DNA from: an uncultured Gammaproteobacteria bacterium | GTDB taxonomy: Bacteria; Patescibacteriota; Microgenomatia; UBA12405 | Assembly (NCBI GenBank): GCA_964512875.1 | Contig: CAZEKY010000003.1 | Coordinates: forward strand, 1 to 37,093 | DNA length: 37,093 bases | Direction: 5' to 3' | Part shown: in pieces, positions 16,446-23,571 of the stretch | How the letters are laid out: every line of letters begins with the position of its first letter | Numbering within the stretch: position 1 is the stretch's first letter | The notes under the pieces: model-generated | What the model was told of the DNA's origin: nothing | Database searches by the model: none | The model's input: only the letters and a program-made list of their open reading frames with translations | Translations under genes and position numbers: made by a program

Positions 16446-17984
16446 ATGAATAAACAAAAAGGGATTGCTCAAATTTTCGTGATGGTAATTATGTTAGTAA
16501 TGGCAATAGCACTACCAATAACTACAAAACTGGTACAACAAAGTCAAGAAAATAGAAGCAAGGCAACATCTAGTGAAATTTGTATTAATTATGATATTCC
16601 ACAATACTATGTTGCAGATACTGGATATGGATGTGAGATGACGAATTGTGCTGAAACTTGCAAGGATAAAGTTTGTTTTTCGACTGAGTCTCAATGTTTG
16701 GCAACTTTGACTTGTAAAAATTCTGCTGTTCTTCGGGATGATGTGAGATATTGGCACAGTACAACAACAAATAAGTGCGTAGAAGTAAAGGCTTCTGAGT
16801 GTGAGGGCTGTGGTTTGGGTGGAACTAAAGTTTGTTATGAAGAAGAAATTGGTTGTTCTCAAGCTAATCAATCATCAACATCATTAACGTCATCGTCAAC
16901 ATCGTCAACATCATCAACATCATCAACATCATCAACATCGTCAACATCAAATACTAATTTATCGACAAATTCTTGTGTTACAGAATGCCCCTCTGGACAA
17001 ACAAATGTTAATTCTACTTGTCCAATTGGTTATGTTAGTGATAATAGTACTTGTTCAATATTGCAAAAAGAAATTAATGGATGTAATTATCTTGAGTGTT
17101 GCAGTTGTAAGAAAGCTAGCAGCTGTATCCCAAGTTGTGCTTGTAGCAAAGACACTTTAGTCGGAAAAACTTGTTCAAATGGTTGCGGGGGTTTTTGTGA
17201 TGGAATAAAAACTGAAACACCTGTTGAAAGTAATAATACAAATACTGAAAGTTCATCATCGACTGAAACACCTGTTGAAAGTAATAATACAAATACTGAA
17301 AGTTCATCATCGACTGAAACACCTGTTGAAAGTAATAATACAAATACTGAAAGTTCATCATCTGATAGTGTTACAAAACTGGCTATAAGATTTGCTTATG
17401 CCGGTATTAAACCAAATAATGATTCTTGTGCTACAAATATTTGGCCGATAACATCGAAGATATCAATGTCTTCTAATATAATAGGAGACTTTGGCGCTGG
17501 ATCAGATTCTCTTTATTTGACAGAGGGAATACCAAAAAAAACGAGCTCTTTAAATTCAAAAGGAGAAATTGTCTATGAATACGGACTAGATTTTTCTGGA
17601 GAAGGAGACATTTCTGACATATATTTCTCTTTTTTCCTAAAGGGGCCAAAACATATTTTTATTAAATATGGTCAAAATAAACAAAACAAATGGTATGACT
17701 CTTTGGTGGGTAAAATAAAACTTGTTCCAGGAGAAAATGCTTTTGATTTTTCTGAATATCCAATTTTTGCCGGGGATGTGACAGGTGAAATTAATGAAGT
17801 TCCTGATGGAAAATTAGATGGAAGAGACTGGTCTTACATAAAGGAAAAAGCAAATAAATTACTGGTCGCAGCTGAAGCTGGAACTGATGTGAGCGGTGAT
17901 ATTAACGGAGACTGCCAGGTTAATAGTGGCGATGTTCGCTTAATAAAACAAATGTTGTCAGAAGTTAATGGGCAAACATATTAA
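16446..17984 (+). CDS. membrane-anchored or secreted Cys-rich modular surface protein with C-terminal dockerin-like module
   Basis: It has an N-terminal hydrophobic anchor, two Cys-rich blocks, an (SST)n linker and three 17-aa repeats. A beta-rich region follows. The C-terminus (nt 17772-17981) carries two Ca-loop-plus-helix repeats, GDVTGE..PDGKLDGRDWSYIK and GDINGDCQVNSGDVRLIKQML. Confidence 0.8.
   Translation: MNKQKGIAQIFVMVIMLVMAIALPITTKLVQQSQENRSKATSSEICINYDIPQYYVADTGYGCEMTNCAETCKDKVCFSTESQCLATLTCKNSAVLRDDVRYWHSTTTNKCVEVKASECEGCGLGGTKVCYEEEIGCSQANQSSTSLTSSSTSSTSSTSSTSSTSSTSNTNLSTNSCVTECPSGQTNVNSTCPIGYVSDNSTCSILQKEINGCNYLECCSCKKASSCIPSCACSKDTLVGKTCSNGCGGFCDGIKTETPVESNNTNTESSSSTETPVESNNTNTESSSSTETPVESNNTNTESSSSDSVTKLAIRFAYAGIKPNNDSCATNIWPITSKISMSSNIIGDFGAGSDSLYLTEGIPKKTSSLNSKGEIVYEYGLDFSGEGDISDIYFSFFLKGPKHIFIKYGQNKQNKWYDSLVGKIKLVPGENAFDFSEYPIFAGDVTGEINEVPDGKLDGRDWSYIKEKANKLLVAAEAGTDVSGDINGDCQVNSGDVRLIKQMLSEVNGQTY
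16872..16949 (+). repeat. in-frame 9-bp microsatellite (TCR-TCA-ACA)n encoding (SST)n
   Basis: About 8.5 units were read directly. They encode SSTSLTSSSTSSTSSTSSTSSTSSTS. Confidence 0.85.
17211..17363 (+). repeat. 3 x 51-bp near-perfect tandem repeat encoding TETPVESNNTNTESSSS
   Basis: Units start at 17211, 17262 and 17313. Units 1 and 2 are identical, and unit 3 differs only at its last base. Confidence 0.95.
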
Positions 17985-18005
17985 AAATTAATTTGAAATA
18001 AGAAA

Positions 18006-18599
18006 ATGGAGAATAAAATAATAAAAATATTAATACCAATTATTGCTATCGTTATCATTTTTGAAAGTGTAGTTCTTGTTTCAAGTTTAGAGAAAAAAGA
18101 AACAGAAGTGATCTCTGTGGACCAAAAGGAAGAAGTTGTGGTGGAGAAAAAGATTATTTATGATGTATCTTTAAGTTCTGAGAACCAGGAAGTATCAGTT
18201 GGGAAAAAAACTAAAATTAGCGCAAAAATAAAAGCGATGGAAGATAGTAATCTAAATGCTTTAGATCTTTATATCAAGTATGATCCTGAAATGATTACTA
18301 TTTCCAACTTGTCAGCAACTAAAGAACTAGAAACCCCTACATTTTTAAAAGCAAGTGAGAAAAAGAAGGTAATTGCGGTTAATTATCTATTTGAAGATAA
18401 AGAAGGTGCTTCATTTGTTAAAAATCAAGAAGTACTTTTACTTACTTTTGATGTAACTCCGATAAAGACAGGAGAAGGGTATTTTGAAATAAGTACTGGA
18501 GATAGCGAGGGAGATTCTGTTACTATGTTTGTAGATAAAATTTCTAGTAAAGGATTAGATTTTGCTAGTAATAAGTTAGAGATGTTATTTATAAAATAA
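18006..18599 (+). CDS. membrane-anchored cohesin-like domain protein
   Basis: An N-terminal TM helix (IIKILIPIIAIVIIFESVVLV) is followed by a cohesin-like pattern. That pattern is VSVGKKTKISAKIKAMEDSNLNALDLYIKYDPEMITISNL ... EVLLLTFDVTPIKTGEGYFEI. Confidence 0.7.
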   Translation: MENKIIKILIPIIAIVIIFESVVLVSSLEKKETEVISVDQKEEVVVEKKIIYDVSLSSENQEVSVGKKTKISAKIKAMEDSNLNALDLYIKYDPEMITISNLSATKELETPTFLKASEKKKVIAVNYLFEDKEGASFVKNQEVLLLTFDVTPIKTGEGYFEISTGDSEGDSVTMFVDKISSKGLDFASNKLEMLFIK

Positions 18600-18600
18600 A

Positions 18601-19293
18601 ATGAAAAAAACTGCCATAAATATTTTCTTTTTTGCTTTTTTATTTTTTGCTTTTAAAGCAATACCTGCAGTTGCAGTAGCAGCTCCAAGATTGACTTTAA
18701 CTCCAATAAATGGAAGTTTTACAAATGGTTCAGAATTTAAAGTTTCAATTGGTGTGAATTCTGATGGAGAAAAATCAAGCGCAGTAGATGTTTGGTCGAC
18801 CTTTGATAATTCAAAATTAGAAATTGTAAGTATCGTAAAATCAGCGAATCCACCTTTTGCTTTTGAAATTAGCCCTGATTTTGATAATAAAACTGGAAAT
18901 TTCAAATTTTCTTGTGTGTCAACAAATCCAAGTGGTTTAGATGATGTTGCCATTAATGGAGAATTAGCGGTTGTAACATTTCGAGCAAAAGAAACAGGAA
19001 CTGCTTTTTTAAAGTTTACATGCAGCAATGGATCAACAACCGATTCAAATATTTTCAACTCAGACGTTAATGATGTAATTAGTTGTGCCTCTAATAGTGT
19101 TGGATCATACACGATAACGGCAGGCTCTTCTTCAACAACAACAAATCCAACATCAACTCCAACTCCAACAGTTGTGACTACTGTGGCAAAAACAACAACT
19201 TTACCTCAAACAGGGGCTGTCGGTTCAACCATTGGATTAATTATTTTTGGAGCTATTAGTTTAGCTTCAGCCGTTTTTTTGAAATTCCTATGA
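18601..19293 (+). CDS. secreted cohesin-like domain protein with LPXTG-type C-terminal sorting signal
   Basis: It has a signal peptide ending AVAVAAP and a cohesin-like core, GSEFKVSIGVNSDGEKSSAVDVWSTFDNSKLEIVSI ... GELAVVTFRAKETGTAFLKF. A Thr/Pro linker follows, then LPQTG (19201-19215), a 25-aa hydrophobic tail and the stop. Confidence 0.75.
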   Translation: MKKTAINIFFFAFLFFAFKAIPAVAVAAPRLTLTPINGSFTNGSEFKVSIGVNSDGEKSSAVDVWSTFDNSKLEIVSIVKSANPPFAFEISPDFDNKTGNFKFSCVSTNPSGLDDVAINGELAVVTFRAKETGTAFLKFTCSNGSTTDSNIFNSDVNDVISCASNSVGSYTITAGSSSTTTNPTSTPTPTVVTTVAKTTTLPQTGAVGSTIGLIIFGAISLASAVFLKFL

Positions 19294-19901
19294 AAGGAAA
19301 AGTTAATCTAAAAACAATAATCACTTTTGCTATTTTGATTTTAGTTATTGTCTTGTTAGTATTAGGCTTAAATGTGGCAAGAACTTTTATGAGTGGTGCA
19401 ACTGCTGATTATGAGCCCCAAAACTTAACCGAAACACCAAGTGCTGATGGAAGTAGCGCAACTATTTCTTGGACCACAGACAAAGCGGTAGAGGGAGCTA
19501 TTTACTATGGAACCAATATGGCAAGTTTACTGTTAGTGGCAAAAGATGTTGAAGCGGTGACAGAGCATAATGTTTTGCTGACAAATTTACGTCCAAATAA
19601 AACCTATTATTACAAAATTGTTGCAGGTGAAAATATTTATGACAATGCTAACATGATGTTTAGTTTTAAAACTGGAGGGAAAGAAGAAGTGGCCGTCCCT
19701 TCAATCGTACCAACAGTCATACCAACAATTACTTCGGCAGTAACTCTACCAGAAGCAAGCAGTTCAAGTGAATCTGGATCAGGAACATCAGATCTTTGCA
19801 ATAAAACTACAGATTACAATCAGGATGGAGTAATAAACAGTTTGGATTATCTTAATTGCTTAAAAGGTAAAATAAGTCCAACAAAGGCCGTAACTAATTA
19901 A
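19290..19901 (+). CDS. membrane-anchored FN3-like domain protein with C-terminal single dockerin/EF-hand-like loop
   Basis: It has a TM anchor and an FN3/purple-acid-phosphatase-N-like module (SATISWTTDKAVEGAIYYGT ... LTNLRPNKTYYYKIVAG). A Pro/Ser linker leads to DYNQDGVINSLDYLNCLKGK (19812-19871). The ATGA start overlaps the upstream stop. Confidence 0.7.
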   Translation: MKGKVNLKTIITFAILILVIVLLVLGLNVARTFMSGATADYEPQNLTETPSADGSSATISWTTDKAVEGAIYYGTNMASLLLVAKDVEAVTEHNVLLTNLRPNKTYYYKIVAGENIYDNANMMFSFKTGGKEEVAVPSIVPTVIPTITSAVTLPEASSSSESGSGTSDLCNKTTDYNQDGVINSLDYLNCLKGKISPTKAVTN

Positions 19902-19908
19902 TAAGGTA

Positions 19909-19940
19909 TGATAAAATAGGAAACTTTAATAAAGGAGGTG
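19909..19940 (+). promoter_or_regulatory. extended -10 (TGaTAAAAT 19909-19917) plus strong Shine-Dalgarno (AAAGGAGGTG 19931-19940) for rpsU
   Basis: Both motifs were read directly. The ATG is at 19951. Confidence 0.45.
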
Positions 19941-19950
19941 CTAGTTATTA

Positions 19951-20169
19951 ATGCCAATTATAGTTAAGAAAAACAAAGGTGAATCCAAGGACGATATCAT
20001 TGGAAAATTTAGAAGACTTTGCATGGAAGAAGACATAACTGAAGAGGTTAGAAAAAGAGCTTCTTATGTAAAACCTTCTGAAAAAAGATATGCCTTAAAA
20101 AAGGTTTTGGTATGGCGAGATAAATGTCGCCGTAAAGCTAAAAGTTCAAGAAGACATGATACGAGATAA
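19951..20169 (+). CDS. rpsU: 30S ribosomal protein S21
   Basis: The sequence MPIIVKKNKGESKDDIIGKFRRLC...YVKPSEKRYALKK and a basic C-terminus match S21. Confidence 0.85.
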   Translation: MPIIVKKNKGESKDDIIGKFRRLCMEEDITEEVRKRASYVKPSEKRYALKKVLVWRDKCRRKAKSSRRHDTR

Positions 20170-20587
20170 ATTAAAAATAGACAGTATTAATGCATTAAAA
20201 AGCCACGATAATAAGCGGGTGGATGTTTTGCGTTTCCTAATATCGTTAATTGATAAAAGAGAGATGCAATTACCACCCGCTGCTTTTAATGAGGCCGAAG
20301 AAATGGGAGTGATTCGAAAAGAATTAAAAAATAAGGAAGAATCCAGAGAAATATTTTTAAAAGGTGAAAGAAAAGATCTGGTAGAACAAATGGATTATGA
20401 AATTCAAATAGTAAAAGAATATTTACCGGAAGAAATAAGTGAAAGCAAAATTACTGAAATTGTTGATAGGGTCATTTTGGAAAAAGGAAATAATTTTGGA
20501 ATGGTAATGAAAGAGGTAATGATTGAACTTAAAGGTGCAGTTGATGGGGGTGTAATCTCAAAAATAGTAAAAGATAAGTTGGCATAA
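20156..20587 (+). CDS. yqeY: GatB/YqeY domain protein
   Basis: INALKSHDNKRVDVLRFLISLIDKRE and the overall length fit the family, as does the conserved position after rpsU. It overlaps rpsU by 14 nt. Confidence 0.75.
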   Translation: MIRDKLKIDSINALKSHDNKRVDVLRFLISLIDKREMQLPPAAFNEAEEMGVIRKELKNKEESREIFLKGERKDLVEQMDYEIQIVKEYLPEEISESKITEIVDRVILEKGNNFGMVMKEVMIELKGAVDGGVISKIVKDKLA

Positions 20588-20593
20588 TTTGCT

Positions 20594-20962
20594 ATGTTAA
20601 AGAATATTGTTTTAATAAATCATAATAAAAATTGGGGACTGGAAGAAGAGACGATTGAAAAACTGGCTCAAAAAGCACTGATAGAAAAAAAATTAACTAA
20701 CGGAATTGAATTAAGTCTTTTTTTTGTTGGTAAAAAAAAAGCTAAAAGTCTAAATCTTGATTATAGAAAAATGTCTTATATACCTCAGGTTTTGGGCTTT
20801 CCTATGTCAAAAGATAAAGATGCTGATGGTCGAATAAGGCTTGGAGATGTCGTTATTTGTACCCAAAAACTGAAATATGAAGTTAAGTTTCAAGAATCTG
20901 ATTTAAACACAATTCTTTATAACTGGTTGCTTCATGGAATTGATAATCTCCTTAAAGATTAA
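20594..20962 (+). CDS. ybeY: YbeY-like protein (rRNA maturation RNase family) with degenerate metal site
   Basis: LNLDYRKMSYIPQVLGFPM and RLGDVVIC match YbeY. The C-terminus LLHGIDNLLKD replaces the HGxLHLxGxDH motif and then stops. Confidence 0.55.
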   Translation: MLKNIVLINHNKNWGLEEETIEKLAQKALIEKKLTNGIELSLFFVGKKKAKSLNLDYRKMSYIPQVLGFPMSKDKDADGRIRLGDVVICTQKLKYEVKFQESDLNTILYNWLLHGIDNLLKD

Positions 20963-21018
20963 GGACTGATACAGTTTGGATTATTGTAAAGTGAAGCCTA
21001 TTCTGCTTTAATTTTTTG

Positions 21019-22605
21019 ATGTCTGTTTTTCACTTAAAATATAGACCACTGAGGTTTTCTGATCTTGATTTGGTGGATGTTGCCGAAAATTTAAAAAAAT
21101 ATCTGTCTGAAAGCGAGACGCCACAATCTTTTTTATTGTCTGGGCCAAAAGGATCTGGTAAAACATCTGCGGCAAGAATTATTGCTAGAGCTGTAAACTG
21201 TACTGATCTTAAGGATGGAGAACCATGCGGAAAATGTGACAGCTGCAAGGAGATTATAAAAGATGGATCAATGGACGTAATTGAAATGGATGGAGCTTCA
21301 AACAGAAGAATTGAGGATGTTAGAAATCTAAAAGATAAGGCTTATTTATTGCCAAGTAAATTAAAAAAGAAGGTTTTTATCATTGATGAAGTTCACATGT
21401 TAACCAAAGAAGCCTTTAATGCCTTGTTGAAGCTAATTGAAGAACCACCCAAACACACCATCTTTGTTTTATGTACAACTGATGCGGAAAAAATTCCAGA
21501 TACCGTTCTGTCAAGATTAATTAAGGTAGATTTTAGAAAGGGAGGGGAGCTGGAGTTATTAAAGTCATTGGAAAAAATAATAAAAGGAGAAAAAATTGAG
21601 ATTGATAAAGAGGCGGTTTCTTTTATCGTTAGTAAAAGTGATGGAAGTTTTAGAAACCTACAAAGAAATTTTAACGAACTATATTTGCAGTTGGGTAAAA
21701 AAATTAAGAGTGAGGATGTTTACGCCTTTTATTTAAATAAAAGCGGTAATTACAAGGAAGAAGATTTTGATAATGATTTAGATTCTGGTGATGCAAAGAT
21801 AATGTTGGAAAAGATTGAAAAAATGGCAACAGATGGTGTTGATTTTTCCGTTTTTAGACTCAAATTAATGAATTATTTTCAAAAAAAGATTTTGTCTTTT
21901 TGGGGAATAGGTGAGGAAAATAAAAAGGGAATCAACTCAGATGAGTGTAATTTTTTAATGAACTTATTAATTAAAGCTGCAAAACAAGAAAAAGAAGTTG
22001 ATATTGATCAGCTGCCAATGGAGTTAGTGGTGGTTGAGTTTGTAGAAACAAAAAGAAAATCTACCCAAATAATAAAGGTGGAAAAAAAAGATATTGATAA
22101 GGAAGAAAAAAAAAGCCCAGTGGTAGAAGTTAAAGAAAAAAAAGAAGCTAAAATTGAGGTGGAAAAAAAAGAGAAAAATGAAATAATAGTAAGCGAAACG
22201 GTTGACAATAAACAATGTATCAGTCCGATACACATTGATGAGATTACGGAAAAATGGGGGAATTTATTAACAGCAATAAAACCTTGCAACTGTTCTGTTG
22301 AAGCATTTTTAAGAGCGACTCGGCCACGATCGTTAGAAGAAGATGTCTTAACGCTCGAAGTTTTTTATCCTTTTCACAAAGACAGACTGGAAGAACCAAG
22401 AAATAGAAAAATAGTCGAAGATGGAATGATTAAGGTTTTTGGCTTGAATCTTCATTTTGAGTGTATTTTGGCAAAAAATAAAAAGGAACCATTGGTTATA
22501 AAAAACGATACTCCAATGGAGCATGTCAGTGAGCAGTTATCAGAAGAAGAGCAGAAATCAAAGACTGGAGATATTTACGATGTCGCCAAGGAAATATTTG
22601 GTTGA
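21019..22605 (+). CDS. dnaX: DNA polymerase III subunit gamma/tau
   Basis: Motifs are LLSGPKGSGKTSAARIIARAVNC, the zinc module CGKCDSC, Walker B FIIDEVHML and SRL. A Lys/Glu-rich linker and a C-terminal tau-like domain follow. Confidence 0.9.
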   Translation: MSVFHLKYRPLRFSDLDLVDVAENLKKYLSESETPQSFLLSGPKGSGKTSAARIIARAVNCTDLKDGEPCGKCDSCKEIIKDGSMDVIEMDGASNRRIEDVRNLKDKAYLLPSKLKKKVFIIDEVHMLTKEAFNALLKLIEEPPKHTIFVLCTTDAEKIPDTVLSRLIKVDFRKGGELELLKSLEKIIKGEKIEIDKEAVSFIVSKSDGSFRNLQRNFNELYLQLGKKIKSEDVYAFYLNKSGNYKEEDFDNDLDSGDAKIMLEKIEKMATDGVDFSVFRLKLMNYFQKKILSFWGIGEENKKGINSDECNFLMNLLIKAAKQEKEVDIDQLPMELVVVEFVETKRKSTQIIKVEKKDIDKEEKKSPVVEVKEKKEAKIEVEKKEKNEIIVSETVDNKQCISPIHIDEITEKWGNLLTAIKPCNCSVEAFLRATRPRSLEEDVLTLEVFYPFHKDRLEEPRNRKIVEDGMIKVFGLNLHFECILAKNKKEPLVIKNDTPMEHVSEQLSEEEQKSKTGDIYDVAKEIFG

Positions 22606-22684
22606 TAGTTTTAAGCTATTTATTAGATTTTGTTATGACTTTATGGGTTATAATTACCATATATTATTTTTTTAGATAATTCTT

Positions 22685-22933
22685 ATGTTTGATAAAGCAA
22701 AAATGATTTCTCAGGCTTATAAGCTTAAAAAAGCAATTGAGTCAGAAACAATAGAAATTGAAGAATCGGGAATAAAAGTTATTGTTAGTGGTGACCAAAA
22801 ATTAAAATATTTGTCAATAAATGGAATCGAAAATAAAATATTGATAGACACAATTAATAAAGGAATGAAAAAATCTCAAGAAATGGCAGCTAAAAGAATG
22901 AAAGATATGGGTGGACTAGATGGTTTGTTTTAA
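22685..22933 (+). CDS. ybaB: YbaB/EbfC family nucleoid-associated protein
   Basis: Size, position in the dnaX-ybaB-recR synteny, and the pattern AYKLKKAIESETIEIEESGIKVIVSGDQKLKYLSI all fit the family. Confidence 0.8.
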   Translation: MFDKAKMISQAYKLKKAIESETIEIEESGIKVIVSGDQKLKYLSINGIENKILIDTINKGMKKSQEMAAKRMKDMGGLDGLF

Positions 22934-22948
22934 ATTTAAATAATTTTA

Positions 22949-23566
22949 ATGGCTGAATTACCAAAAAGTATCAAGAATTTAATTGCAGCATTTGAGAGAT
23001 TGCCAGGGATTGGTCCTAAAAGTGCAAGCAGATTGGTTTTTTATTTATTAAACACTCCAGAATCTTACATAAACGAAATATCAAGATCTCTTTTGGCGAT
23101 TAAAAAAGAAGTAAAAATTTGTAAAGAATGTTTTTCGGTAACTGAAGACGAAGTTTGTGCTATTTGTCGTGACGAAAAAAGAAATAAAAATATAATATGT
23201 GTAGTAGAAAGAGTTATTGACGTAATTGCAATTGAGGGGATTGGTGGACTTAACGGTGTCTATCACGTCTTGGGTGGAGTCATTAACCCCTTGGATCATG
23301 TCGGACCTGAAGATATAAAAATTAATGAGCTTTTACAACGAATTTCTAAACTAAGTGATCAGAGTGATGTTGAAATTATTTTAGCAACTAATCCAACCAT
23401 GGAAGGGGAAGCAACGGCCTTATATATTAAAAAGAAAATTGAAAATCTTAATAATAAAAATATAAAAATATCCAGAATAGGTAGCGGATTGCCAATGGGT
23501 GCTGATTTAGAATATGCCGATCAAGCAACTTTAAGTAGAGCAATGGACGGAAGAAGGGAGATATAA
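22949..23566 (+). CDS. recR: recombination protein RecR
   Basis: It has helix-hairpin-helix LPGIGPKSASRL, the zinc finger CKECFSV..CAIC, and a Toprim domain (ICVVERVIDVIAIE). Confidence 0.9.
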   Translation: MAELPKSIKNLIAAFERLPGIGPKSASRLVFYLLNTPESYINEISRSLLAIKKEVKICKECFSVTEDEVCAICRDEKRNKNIICVVERVIDVIAIEGIGGLNGVYHVLGGVINPLDHVGPEDIKINELLQRISKLSDQSDVEIILATNPTMEGEATALYIKKKIENLNNKNIKISRIGSGLPMGADLEYADQATLSRAMDGRREI

Positions 23567-23571
23567 AAAAT

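Noticed and set aside
16446-16570. N-terminus of the 512-aa protein as a type IV prepilin signal
   Set aside because: The sequence KG-IAQIF lacks the G/(F,M)-T-L-x-E signature; in particular there is no Glu at +5. A plain signal-anchor is the simpler reading.
17211-17363. Possible CRISPR array or non-coding repeat
   Set aside because: The three 51-bp units are directly adjacent with no spacers. They are in frame within a long ORF and encode a repeated peptide. No cas genes are present, so this is a coding tandem repeat.
18585-19112. 175-aa minus-strand ORF overlapping the cohesin-like genes
   Set aside because: It is antisense to a plus-strand gene with a clear signal peptide, domain pattern and LPXTG end. 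This is a shadow ORF.
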